From an uncultured delta proteobacterium (GTDB taxonomy: Bacteria; Desulfobacterota; BSN033; UBA1163), in assembly GCA_963708295.1 (NCBI GenBank), contig CAVPSJ010000011.1, positions 128,001 through 192,000 of the forward strand: a stretch of DNA of 64,000 bases, in the 5' to 3' direction. The notes beneath the pieces were generated by a model. The model saw nothing but the letters and a program-made list of their open reading frames with translations. It ran no database searches and was not told the DNA's origin. The translations under genes and the position numbers were made by a program. Shown in pieces: positions 53,326 through 63,252 of this stretch (the stretch's first letter is position 1; every line of letters begins with the position of its first letter).

Positions 53326-54174
53326 ATGGGTTCTTTCATATCAAGCCAAACATTTTTTAATATTTCGATGGGTATCTATCTCTTTTGTTTCCTGGGTTAT
53401 CTCATCTTTACAGCCACAAGAAATAGAAGTCTCGGAACCCTCTCCAGTTTCTTGCTCATCATTGGACTTCTTATTCATTCAGGAGGCCTTGTCGTCCGCT
53501 GGGTGGAGACACATCAGACGGGTTACGGCTATATCCCCCTGTCCAATATGTATGAATCCCTGATCTTCTTCTCTTGGACCATTGTTTTGATCTATCTTAT
53601 TCTGGAATTGAAATATCGGCAGAAAATCATAGGGGTTTTTGTCACTCCTTTTGCTTTCCTGGCGATCGCCCTTACCTCCATCATCCCAGGCATAGATGCA
53701 AAGATCACCCCCCTGATGCCTGCCCTCCAGAGCAATTGGTTAACCATCCATGTGACCACCTGTTTTTTTGGATATGCAGCCTTCGCGGTGTCTTTTGGAG
53801 TCAGCATTCTTTATTTAATCCGAGACAAGAAGGGGTCGCCTAAGGAGGAAGGTTCAAAATGGCTGCCTTCGACCCAAATTCTGGATGAGATCAACTATAA
53901 ATCGATTGTGATCGGGTTTCCCATGTTGAGCTTGGGCATTATTACAGGTGCGGCATGGGCAAATTATGCGTGGGGGACTTACTGGAGCTGGGATCCCAAA
54001 GAGACCTGGTCTCTCATTACTTGGTTTGTTTATGCCGCCTTCTTACATGCTCGATTTACAAGGGATTGGAGAGGAAGAAAGGCCGCGATTCTGTCGATTG
54101 TCGGGTTCGTTGCAGTCTTATTTACCTATTTTGGCGTGAATTACATTCTTTCAGGACTCCATAGCTACGCTTAG
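53326..54174 (+). CDS. ccsA: System II cytochrome c biogenesis heme-delivery protein
   Basis: P.SN.YES, LQS.WL..HV, WA..AWG.YWSWDPKE WWD motif, GLHSY. Confidence 0.93.
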   Translation: MGSFISSQTFFNISMGIYLFCFLGYLIFTATRNRSLGTLSSFLLIIGLLIHSGGLVVRWVETHQTGYGYIPLSNMYESLIFFSWTIVLIYLILELKYRQKIIGVFVTPFAFLAIALTSIIPGIDAKITPLMPALQSNWLTIHVTTCFFGYAAFAVSFGVSILYLIRDKKGSPKEEGSKWLPSTQILDEINYKSIVIGFPMLSLGIITGAAWANYAWGTYWSWDPKETWSLITWFVYAAFLHARFTRDWRGRKAAILSIVGFVAVLFTYFGVNYILSGLHSYA

Positions 54175-54178
54175 CCGA

Positions 54179-54604
54179 TTAAAAGCGATAGAGCTCCTCG
54201 TCATACATGTGAACCCAATTCTTTCTCAGAACCTGCACCGCTTCATCCATTTTATCCACGCCAACAATGAGTACGGTCTTTTCCCCTGTTCCAAGGCAGG
54301 TATAGAGATATTTCACATTAATAGAAAGTTCTTTAAGGGGTTTTAGAACGGCGTTCAAGCCTCCTGGATGATTGGGAGTTTCCACCGCTAATACATCTGA
54401 CATTTTTATCGAATAACCGTGGCTCTTAAGGATATTGGCAGCTTTTTCAGGATCGTTTGCCACGAATCGAACAGCACTGATGTCTGCGGTGTCAGCGACA
54501 CTGAGGGCGATGATGTTGACGCCGTTCTCGCCTAAATACTCACTCACCTCGGAGAGTTTACCAGGAACATTTTCGAGACTAACAGAGATTTGCTTGACAG
54601 GCAT
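54179..54604 (-). CDS. Tandem ACT-domain protein
   Basis: QISV.LEN.PG.L, ..PGGL..VL. Confidence 0.88.
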   Translation of the reverse strand: MPVKQISVSLENVPGKLSEVSEYLGENGVNIIALSVADTADISAVRFVANDPEKAANILKSHGYSIKMSDVLAVETPNHPGGLNAVLKPLKELSINVKYLYTCLGTGEKTVLIVGVDKMDEAVQVLRKNWVHMYDEELYRF

Positions 54605-54619
54605 GTCCCCTCCCCTTGA

Positions 54620-55156
54620 TCATTTCAGATAGTCAAACCCCAATTGCAATGCAGCTTTATTGGATTTAACCACTCCTGGATTTCGGCCGCCAAAAGTATC
54701 TTTCACGACTTTAAGCATCGTGTCCAGTGAGGCCAGACCGGATTTCTTAATAAAGGCTCCCAGCATGATCATATTGGCCACTTTGCTCCCAAGGGATTCT
54801 TTGGCCAGGTCATTGACTGGAACTTCAAAAATCTCTAAATCCCCCCGGACGGGCCTTGACTCAACCATGCTCGAATTCAAAAAAATCGTACCCCCGGATT
54901 GGACCTGGTTCTGAAATCGGAATAACGACGGACTATTCATCAATACGGCAAATTCAGGTTGTGAAGCGACCGGTGAGGCAATCTCTTCTGTAGAGATAAC
55001 GACTGTGCAATTAGCTGTCCCCCCCCTGACCTCGGCTCCGTAGGAAGGCAAACAGGTGACATTTTTCTCCTCATACATTCCAGCAATCGCCAATAGGTAA
55101 CCCATCATGATCACCCCCTGGCCGCCAAATCCGGAAAAAATCGTCTTAATGAGCAT
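54620..55156 (-). CDS. 2-oxoacid:ferredoxin oxidoreductase gamma subunit
   Basis: SGFGGQG, PSYGAEVRGG, NMIMLGA. Confidence 0.9.
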   Translation of the reverse strand: MLIKTIFSGFGGQGVIMMGYLLAIAGMYEEKNVTCLPSYGAEVRGGTANCTVVISTEEIASPVASQPEFAVLMNSPSLFRFQNQVQSGGTIFLNSSMVESRPVRGDLEIFEVPVNDLAKESLGSKVANMIMLGAFIKKSGLASLDTMLKVVKDTFGGRNPGVVKSNKAALQLGFDYLK

Positions 55157-55907
55157 CCTTTTTATCCCCGGTGACATCTTTCAGTATTCCGAGAGGGAAA
55201 TGGACGGTCATCACCTCGTCGATCCATTTACAGGCTTGAACTGGCTCCATCTTCCAGTTGGTAGGGCATGGAGATAAGACCTCGACGAGCGAAAACCCAT
55301 GTCCCTCGAGTTGAACGCGAAAGGCTTTCGCAATTGCCTTTTTGGTCTTCAAAATGTTCGCCGGGCTGTTAACCGCCGTCCTTTCAATATAGGCACTGCC
55401 CCTGGCAACAGCGAGCATTTCGCTAAGATTGATCGGCAGCCCATCTCTTTTTTCTTTCCTCCCCCCAGGTGTCGTCGTGGTGTTTTGGCCCAAAATCGTA
55501 GTCGGAGCCATCTGCCCCCCGGTCATTCCATAGACCCCATTGTTGACAAAGATGGTGGAAATGTTTTCTCCCCGAGAGGCTGCATGAATCGTCTCAGCCG
55601 TCCCAATGGCGGCGATATCCCCATCGCCTTGATACGTAAAAACCACACGATCGGGAAGCGCCCTCTTCATCCCGGTGGCTAAGGCGGCTCCTCTTCCGTG
55701 TGAGGCTTCCCCCATATCAATATCAAAGTAAAAATAAGCTAGGACGGCACACCCTGCTGGCGGGATACCAATGATTTTTTCTTGAAGGTTCATCTCATCA
55801 ATGACCTCGCCAACGATTCGATGCAAGAGGCTATGCCCGCATCCCGGACAATAGTGAAATGGGGCTTTTTTGAGAGATTTCGGCCTGGAAAATATCTTTT
55901 TCATCAA
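55146..55907 (-). CDS. 2-oxoacid:ferredoxin oxidoreductase beta (TPP-binding) subunit, VOR-like
   Basis: YCPGCGH, QGDGD..IG, NN.VYGMTGGQ, SPCPTNW. Confidence 0.9.
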   Translation of the reverse strand: MMKKIFSRPKSLKKAPFHYCPGCGHSLLHRIVGEVIDEMNLQEKIIGIPPAGCAVLAYFYFDIDMGEASHGRGAALATGMKRALPDRVVFTYQGDGDIAAIGTAETIHAASRGENISTIFVNNGVYGMTGGQMAPTTILGQNTTTTPGGRKEKRDGLPINLSEMLAVARGSAYIERTAVNSPANILKTKKAIAKAFRVQLEGHGFSLVEVLSPCPTNWKMEPVQACKWIDEVMTVHFPLGILKDVTGDKKDAH

Positions 55908-55911
55908 TCGA

Positions 55912-56982
55912 CTATCCTATCTTCTTCTGATAATAATAGCTGGAGATCACTCTTGAAATTTCCAGAGGGGTCAGGATAACTCCGCCCGGCCTGCCATAAA
56001 AGTGAACCTCTCCGCTCCCTTCGAGCGCTAATTTGACGTCCTCTACCATTTGGCCCATATTCATTTCAAATACAAAAAAGTGCTTCGCTTTCTTCGTCAG
56101 CTCTTTGATGGCCTTATAGGGGAAAGGCCAAAGCGAAATGGGTCGGATCAACCCCACTTTCAGCCCTTCATCCCTCATTCTCTTGATCGCCCCTTTGGCA
56201 ATTCTGGCTGCGATTCCAAAGGCAACCACCATTAACTTCGCGTCATCAGCAAAAGTTGTCTCCCATCTTATCTCTTCTCTGCTAATCCTTTCATATTTCC
56301 TCATCAATTTCCAGTTGTGTTCTTCTTCCTCGAAGGGGTCTAAAATGAGCGATCGAAGGAACCGGCTGGGTCTTCCCTTGGCACCCGTCAGGGTCCAGTC
56401 CTTTTGAGGCAGCTTCTTTATTTGAACCTCAAGGGGCAATTCAACGGGCTCCATCATCTGTCCAAGCATCCCATCTCCAAGGATGATGACAGGTATCCTG
56501 TATCTATCAGCCAGGTCGAATGCTTCATAGGTTAAATTAGCAAGCTCTTGGCAGGAGTTGGGAGCCAGGACGATATTGCGGTAATCTCCGTGCCCGCCTC
56601 CTCTTGTAGCCTGGAAATAATCAGATTGGGCCGGTGCAATGTTGCCAAGACCGGGCCCACCTCGGCTCATGTTCACGATCACTGCAGGCAACTCTAAGGC
56701 GGATAGAAAAGAAATACCCTCCTGCTTGAGGCTGATTCCAGGGCCTGAGGAGGAGGTCATCACTCTTCCTCCTGCCATACTGGCACCGATCACCATATGG
56801 ATTGAGGCGACTTCGCTTTCTGCCTGGATAAAAACCCCACCCTCCACCTTCGATAGCCTCTCTGACATATATTCGGGGATCTCGTTTTGCGGGGTAATAG
56901 GGTATCCGAAATAGAAACGGCATCCCGCGCGGACCGCTGATTCAGCAAGGGCATGATTCCCGCGCATCAATACTTTAGGCAC
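55912..56982 (-). CDS. vorB: 2-oxoacid:ferredoxin oxidoreductase alpha subunit (3-methyl-2-oxobutanoate dehydrogenase VorB-like)
   Basis: GN.A.AE, GYPITPQ, QAESE, SSSGPG.SL.QE, RGGPGLG; start moved to GTG 56982. Confidence 0.88.
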   Translation of the reverse strand: MPKVLMRGNHALAESAVRAGCRFYFGYPITPQNEIPEYMSERLSKVEGGVFIQAESEVASIHMVIGASMAGGRVMTSSSGPGISLKQEGISFLSALELPAVIVNMSRGGPGLGNIAPAQSDYFQATRGGGHGDYRNIVLAPNSCQELANLTYEAFDLADRYRIPVIILGDGMLGQMMEPVELPLEVQIKKLPQKDWTLTGAKGRPSRFLRSLILDPFEEEEHNWKLMRKYERISREEIRWETTFADDAKLMVVAFGIAARIAKGAIKRMRDEGLKVGLIRPISLWPFPYKAIKELTKKAKHFFVFEMNMGQMVEDVKLALEGSGEVHFYGRPGGVILTPLEISRVISSYYYQKKIG

Positions 56983-57208
56983 GATACACCTCGATGGCAA
57001 TTTCCGGGCATGCGATGGCACAGAGGCAACATCCCGTGCATTTTCTGCCCTCTTTTTTCACCTGTTTTTCAATAAAAACGGCAGGGTAATATCCCTTCTG
57101 ATTCATTCGATCAGAAGACTCTATCAAACGATGAGGACAAACAGAAACGCACAACTTGCAGTCTTTACACAATTCCGAATCGATCTCGATCATTCCAGCC
57201 GCCAACAC
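56975..57208 (-). CDS. 2x[4Fe-4S] ferredoxin, delta subunit of the oxidoreductase
   Basis: CKDCKLCVSVCP and CTGCCLCAIACP. Confidence 0.9.
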   Translation of the reverse strand: MLAAGMIEIDSELCKDCKLCVSVCPHRLIESSDRMNQKGYYPAVFIEKQVKKEGRKCTGCCLCAIACPEIAIEVYRA

Positions 57209-57328
57209 TTACCTCCACGAGTATTATCTCACGATGTGAACCATCACGTTATAATCTTGACCAAATAAACATTTTATTATAAAGTTTAATATCTTTAAAA
57301 TCAATGCCTTTAGGCTGCCGTCTGAATT

Positions 57329-58291
57329 TTGATGAACCTTTCGTTAGAACGCCTCGATAAAGAACAAAAGCGTTTAATTATGATTGGAGGAAAAGGAGGT
57401 GTAGGAAAGACCACCTGTGCCTCTGCAATTGCGCTCCATTTTTCCCTCCAGGGAAAAAAGACTTTGATCATCTCCAGCGACCCCACCCCTTCTCTTTCAG
57501 ACATATTTGAAACGGAGATCGGAGATCTGGAAACCCCTATTCAGAATGCGAATAACCTCTACGGGATTGAGATCAGTTCTGAAGGGGTCCTCAAGAAATG
57601 GAAAGAAAGATTCGGGCCTGAAATCTACGAGGTCGTTTCATCCTTTACCTCGCTCGATTACGACTTTGTTGATTATATCGGCGGGGCACCGGGTATCGAA
57701 GAAGAATACATGCTCAATTATATCTTAGAGATGGTTGAAAGCGCGCAATACGATTTGGTCGTCTGGGATACGGCGCCCGCGGGCCATACCCTCCGCCTTC
57801 TCCATCTTCCTCAGATCTTTCTGAAACATCTTGAGGCTGCCACGAAATTTTACATGAATCTGTATAGTTATTTTGACAAGTTAAAGGAAAGTGTGAAGTT
57901 AAAAAAAGGGAAAAGATCTCTCTTGGAAATTATAAGCGGATGGGAGGACTTAGCGGAAAAAGTGGTCAGCTTCATTCGTGATCCTCAGAAATCTGACTTC
58001 ATCATCGTAACCATACCTGAAGCGCTTGGTGTAAGACAGACGGAGAGGATCATTAAAGACTTTGACGAATATCAACTCAACGTAAAACATCTGATTATCA
58101 ATTACGTCATTCAAGAGGCAGATTGTGATTTTCATAAGATTAGAAAAGAGATGCAGCAAAACTATATCCAGATACTGAAAAAGCAATATTCTCCGAGAAT
58201 CGGGCTTATAGAGATCCCGCTGATGCCCCAGGAGGTTAAGGGGGTAGAGAGGATTCGTAAGGTTTCAGAGATCCTCTTTAGATCCTCATAA
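57329..58291 (+). CDS. ArsA/Get3-family single-domain ATPase
   Basis: GGKGGVGKTT, SSDP..SL.D, PGIEE, DTAP.GHTLRLL. Confidence 0.9.
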   Translation: MMNLSLERLDKEQKRLIMIGGKGGVGKTTCASAIALHFSLQGKKTLIISSDPTPSLSDIFETEIGDLETPIQNANNLYGIEISSEGVLKKWKERFGPEIYEVVSSFTSLDYDFVDYIGGAPGIEEEYMLNYILEMVESAQYDLVVWDTAPAGHTLRLLHLPQIFLKHLEAATKFYMNLYSYFDKLKESVKLKKGKRSLLEIISGWEDLAEKVVSFIRDPQKSDFIIVTIPEALGVRQTERIIKDFDEYQLNVKHLIINYVIQEADCDFHKIRKEMQQNYIQILKKQYSPRIGLIEIPLMPQEVKGVERIRKVSEILFRSS

Positions 58292-58334
58292 TTCTTAGGA
58301 ACTCAAGAGTAGTCCGGGTAGGTGTTTAAGTTCA

Positions 58335-58502
58335 ACATCAAATTTCGAATGAACTCAAAAGCTTAAATGCCAAAAACTAATTTAGCATCTTAAGAATTGA
58401 AACCTTTTGAAATTTGGTCATTTGTCATTCGTTTGACATTTGCCTGTCTGCGCGAAGCCCCGCCTTGCGGGACGAAGGCAGGGATTTTGGCATTTGACAT
58501 TG
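58335..58502. repeat. Intergenic degenerate heptamer-repeat region with inverted arms and an inserted GC-rich palindrome
   Basis: TTTG(G/T/A)CA units; AAATGCCAAAA (58365) complementary to TTTTGGCATTT (58485); palindrome CCTGTCT..CCCGC-CTT-GCGGG..AGGCAGG at 58443-58482. Confidence 0.55.
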
Positions 58503-58542
58503 ATTTACTTCACGAGATTTTCAATTTTATGCGGAGGAAACC

Positions 58543-59739
58543 ATGTCTATATTATCGAGTCGCGCAAAGAGTTTAAAACCTTCCCCTACCCTCGCCATCA
58601 ATGCCAAGGCAAAATCGATGCAAGCTCAAGGAATTCACGTCATCAGCTTTGGCGCAGGGGAACCGGATTTCGATACTCCGGAAAACATCAAGCAAGCTGC
58701 GAAGAAGGCCCTAGATGAGGGCTTTACCAAATATACTGCGGTTGGAGGTATAGACGAGTTAAAGGACGCAATCATCAAGAAATTTCAAAGAGATAGTGGC
58801 TTATCCTACAAAAGGGCTGAGATCATTGTTTCATGTGGAGGCAAACATTCTTTCTACAATCTGGCACAGGCTATATTCGATCAAGGGGATGAGGTTATCA
58901 TTCCAGCTCCTTATTGGGTTTCGTATCCTCCCATGGTCTCCCTGGCCGGCGGAACACCGGTGATCGTTGAAACAACGGAGAAGAATGCCTTTAAAATAAC
59001 CCCGGAGGATTTGAAAAAGGCCATCACGCCAAAAACCAAAGCCTTGATCATCAATAGTCCTTCCAATCCTACGGGAAGCGCTTATACCAAAAAGGATTTG
59101 GAGAAAATCGCTGAAATTGCGATTCCGAAAGACTTCTTCGTCATATCGGATGAGATTTATGAAAAGATTGTTTATGATGGGTTCGATTTTATAAGCATCG
59201 CTTCTCTAAGCGAAGAGATGAAGAAGAAAACGATCATTGTCCACGGAGTAGCCAAGACCTATGCCATGACGGGCTGGAGAATCGGCTATACCGCCGGATC
59301 CGATGAGATTATTTCAGCCATGAACAATATCCAGAGCCAGAGCACCTCTAACCCTACTTCCATCGCCCAGAAGGCTTCTGTTGAGGCTCTGGCCGGTCCG
59401 CAGGATGAAGTGGAAAAGATGGTTTCCGCCTTCGCCCAGAGACGGAATTACATTGTTGATCGTTTAAATAAGATGCCGGGGGTGTCTTGCTATAAGCCGG
59501 CAGGAGCCTTCTACGTCTTTCCGAATTTCTCTTCTTATTACGGCAGGGCCTATCAAACCAAGAAAATCGAAAACTCCACACACCTGGCCGACTTTTTCCT
59601 GGATGTAGCAAGAGTGGCTGTGGTCCCGGGAGTCGAATTCGGCGCCGATCCCTTCGAAAGACTCTCTTATGCGACTTCCCTGGAGAACATTAAGGAGGGG
59701 TTGGACCGGATCGAAGAGAGCCTGAACAAATTGAGTTGA
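58543..59739 (+). CDS. aspC: Class I PLP-dependent aminotransferase (aspartate aminotransferase-like)
   Basis: GEPDF.TP, NSPSNPTG, SDEIY, KTYAMTGWRIG. Confidence 0.88.
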   Translation: MSILSSRAKSLKPSPTLAINAKAKSMQAQGIHVISFGAGEPDFDTPENIKQAAKKALDEGFTKYTAVGGIDELKDAIIKKFQRDSGLSYKRAEIIVSCGGKHSFYNLAQAIFDQGDEVIIPAPYWVSYPPMVSLAGGTPVIVETTEKNAFKITPEDLKKAITPKTKALIINSPSNPTGSAYTKKDLEKIAEIAIPKDFFVISDEIYEKIVYDGFDFISIASLSEEMKKKTIIVHGVAKTYAMTGWRIGYTAGSDEIISAMNNIQSQSTSNPTSIAQKASVEALAGPQDEVEKMVSAFAQRRNYIVDRLNKMPGVSCYKPAGAFYVFPNFSSYYGRAYQTKKIENSTHLADFFLDVARVAVVPGVEFGADPFERLSYATSLENIKEGLDRIEESLNKLS

Positions 59740-59745
59740 TTCCCT

Positions 59746-59778
59746 CGCCCTTCTCCTCTGCCCACTGGAGAAAGGGCG
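59746..59778. terminator. Hairpin between convergent aminotransferase and gspD genes
   Basis: CGCCCTTCTCC / GGAGAAAGGGCG imperfect stem. Confidence 0.4.
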
Positions 59779-59870
59779 GGATGGGCGGGGAATCGAGCCA
59801 TGGCGAGACTTGCGGGACATGTCCCGGTCAGAATTGTTTCTGCGTTTGTATTAGTGTACTTCTTCTTTTA

Positions 59871-62407
59871 CTATTTCTTCTCCTTCGCTTTCTTGCTTTT
59901 TTCGAACTCTTCCTTAAGCCCTTGTATTTTTTCCTTGAACTCATCCGTGACTGTTTTCGACTGAGTTTCGTCTGTGATGATATGGGGGGTGAGAAGAAGG
60001 ATCAATTCTCTTCTCTCATCCTTGCGCTGGTTCTTTCCGAAGAAATAGCCAAGAAGAGGGATTCTGGCTAAGAGAGGAACTCCCTGGTTTGAATTGTCTT
60101 TTTCCTTCCTGATCAATCCGCCAATGGCAATCGTCTGGCCCTCTTTAATGGAAACGACTGTTTTGGCAGTTGTCTTGTTGAAGGCAGGAACTGAAAAGGT
60201 CGAAGACGCGGCTGCTACGCCACCAATTGCTACGCTCGTATCTTTCCTTCCGATTTCCCTGGAGGTTAAACTGCTCTCCTCAATGGACAGCTCCAACGTC
60301 ACCAATCCTCCGTCACTGATGCGGGGAGTAATACCCAGGATCGTGCCGATATCCTTGTACTCGATCGTTCCCTCGACAAACCCGGTAGGTGTCGTGGCTG
60401 TTGCGGTTCCAGTTGAAGTATAGGTGTTTGTAAGGATGGGCTCCGATGTCCCGACCTGAATCTTGGCCTCCTTATTGTTGGAGGCAAGGAGATTGGGCGA
60501 GGTAAGCACTCTGGCGCGCCCAAGAGTAGCAGCCGCCGAGATTGCAGCAGCAAACCTGCCGGCTTGTTCAATCGCGTAGCTTATTCCGGGCCCAGCTGCA
60601 GCCGAAATACCCGTACTCGATGCAAAATTTCCATACTGAATTGTCTGTGCCCATTTTCCACCGTCCGAGTATTTCACAAGGTCTATGCCCAATTGCTCGT
60701 TATCCGTTAGAAGGATATCCGCCAACAAGATCTCAATTAAGACCTGTCTTGGGTAGATGTCTAATTTCTTGATGGTTTCCAGGATTCCCTTATAGTCCCT
60801 GGCAAAGGACCGGACCACCAGCGCGTTGTTTGTCTCATCGACGACGACGTTGATCTCCCCTTCCGGAACGCCCGTTCCCTCCGTTGGCGTAGAAGGAGGA
60901 GCAGAGGGAGCGGTGGGGAGCGGTTTGGTCCCTCTGGGAACTTGTTCCGCCACCTTATCCTTGAACTCCGTTTTTTTGTCTTTGCTTGTCACATAGACCT
61001 GCTTCAAGACTTCAGCCAGGTCCTTGGCCTTGGAATTCTGACAATGATAGACAAAGACGCTGTATTTTGTTCCTTCCATGGGAATCTTGTCGAGTTCTTT
61101 CAGCCATGCTTCCACCTTTTCAAAGATACTTGGAATGGAACTTACGGCGAGAAGGGAGTTAATGCGGGTAATCGGCGTAAAGGTGATTCCCACCCCTCTC
61201 CCTGATTTTGTGGAGACTTCAAAAGAAGAAAAAATCTTCTCCATCTCTTTGGCAACCTCCGCGACATCGGCGTTGAGGACCGGATAGATCCTGACCTTTA
61301 AGTCGGTGAAGATGTCGATATCAAAAAGATTGATGATCTCCATCGATTTCTTCACGTTCGACGCCAGGTCGCCAATGATGAGGATATTGCTCGGAGGGTT
61401 CTCCACGATATCCGCTCCGTCCGAAAGGAAGGGTTTGATCATCTTGGAAACTTCCGCCACAGGAACGTACTTCAACGGGAGAATCTGAATGATATACCTC
61501 TCCTCGGAAGAAGGCTTCCCCGAATCTTGCGGGGAGGAAAGTGAAGTGGGCAGCTTTTTCGCTTCCGGCAATGGGACGATCTCATAAATGCCGTCTCTCT
61601 TAACGGCAGTGGCTCCGTTTAATCTTAATATCGATTGGAAGATAGGAAAGACATCTGCAGATGAGATCTGTCCGGAGGTATGAATGTTGACTACCCCTTT
61701 TACCCTTGGATCAATGATGTAATTGATTTTCAGTATTTCTGACATCACACGGATGACTTCATAGATATCTGCATTGTCGAAATTAAAGACAACGCCTGAC
61801 CCCGTACGAGTCGCACTTACCGGTGAAGAAGGCCGAGTCACCGGGGAGGAAGGAACGGGTATGCCCGGGGCTGACTCTTGACCTGGAGCTGGAACCGAGG
61901 GCTGAGTTTGAGCGGTGGACGGAGGGAGGGGTGTGGCCGGGGTTGCGGGTTGCACTTTTGGCGAAGCAGAAGGCATGAGTGGCTGAGGTCTTCTTGAACG
62001 AGCCGGCGGAGCGCCAGGACCGGGCGTGGGCACTGTCGTTGCGGGTGGAGAAACGGATGTCTCGGGTGAAGAGGGGCAGGTGAAGCTGGGGACGTAGGTA
62101 GAGGCTGAGGCGGAAGGAGAGGTTGGGTTGTTGACGGTGGAGGCGGAGCCGGAGATGGGGTCGTGGCAAGACCTGGAGGCAGAGGTAAAGATTGAGGAGG
62201 AGGAAGCAGTTGGGTTGTTGATGGTTGTGGCATCGCCGGAGGTGGCGTTGTCGCGGGTCCCGGAGGTTGAGGCGGCGATACCTGTGCTACTGTAAGAGTA
62301 TCTTCCATCGGTTCGGCTCTTAATGAGTCCACTCCGAAAGAACCGATGCTTCCGATGACCACGCAAAGAATTAAAGTCTTATTAGTCAAATATCTCCGTT
62401 TCTTCAT
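59871..62407 (-). CDS. gspD: Type II secretion secretin GspD with long Pro-rich N-terminus (frameshift near 62076-62079)
   Basis: FNF.NADI..VI..MS..L..NYI.DP.V.G, N-domains, LD....QVLIE, VPLL..IP.LG.FF; signal peptide lies in the alternate-frame ORF 61838..62446. Confidence 0.88.
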
Positions 62408-62442
62408 ATGATCGTATCCCTTCTTCTCATTATCTCTTTTCT

Positions 62443-63252
62443 TCAATTTCCCTCCGTTTTTTGCGATGGGGCGGAGGGCGGGGAATAGGGTCTTCTTCTT
62501 GGATATTCAGTCCGGGGGAGCGTTGGACTGACAGGGCCTCCAGGTTGCGGCGTAGCTACCCCTACCTGACCCGTCCCCGCAGGAAGAGTAGGTCCGGGTA
62601 CGGCTGCAGGCGGAGTTGGAGATGGTTGGGTTGGCGTTGGCATTGGCGATCCTGGGACAGGGGGTTGAGAAACAGGTTGTGTACTTGTGATGGTGGCGGG
62701 CTTGGTTTCCGTTCTAATCTCACTCCTCCTCTTGGACTTCGATTGGTCATAAAGAAGGACTTCAAATGTATCCCCCTCCGCCTCCAACGTGACCCGATCA
62801 GACGATATTTTTGCCAGCTTATATTCCCCCACCCGCTCCCCCACTTTTACAGTAAATGTCTCTCTCTCGCCCTTCTGGAGGGGTCTCCCAGGGCTGGCGA
62901 GGGAAGCAGCCCTATAATCCCCGATAATCGTTACGCCGTACAAAACGATCTGCGGGCGCACGAGCTGTCTTCCCGCGGCACCTATGGGAGTCGGAAAATC
63001 CTTCCTCTCCGGGCTGAAGATATTCTTCTCAGCGATCGAAGCATAGGTTCTCGCGGAGGTAGGATTCTTCTGAGTTCCAAACGTTGAGAGAACCTCCGTT
63101 TTTTCCACCGGCTTCGGTTGTGGTTTCTTCGCCGTGTCCTTCTCGGGCGCCCATTCTACCGGGAGGGTCCATATCTCATAATTCTTGATCATCAGAAGGA
63201 GGACTAACGCAAGAGCCAAGAAACACAAGAATCCGTACTTCGATGACATCAT
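62443..63252 (-). CDS. GspC-like type II secretion protein
   Basis: N-terminal TM, I..KNIFSP.R, L.G....., G..V..Y.L..I...V HR domain, Pro-rich tail; precedes gspD. Confidence 0.7.
   Translation of the reverse strand: MMSSKYGFLCFLALALVLLLMIKNYEIWTLPVEWAPEKDTAKKPQPKPVEKTEVLSTFGTQKNPTSARTYASIAEKNIFSPERKDFPTPIGAAGRQLVRPQIVLYGVTIIGDYRAASLASPGRPLQKGERETFTVKVGERVGEYKLAKISSDRVTLEAEGDTFEVLLYDQSKSKRRSEIRTETKPATITSTQPVSQPPVPGSPMPTPTQPSPTPPAAVPGPTLPAGTGQVGVATPQPGGPVSPTLPRTEYPRRRPYSPPSAPSQKTEGN

Noticed and set aside
58440-60071. Small ORFs 58440..58718 and 59736..60071 as real genes
   Set aside because: They overlap well-supported genes or repeats and lack RBS and recognisable motifs.
61783-63087. Long alternative-frame and antisense ORFs (61783..62169, 62461..63087, first part of 59871..62366)
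   Set aside because: By-products of GC-rich Pro-coding sequence; only the signal-peptide frame joined to the secretin frame is coherent.
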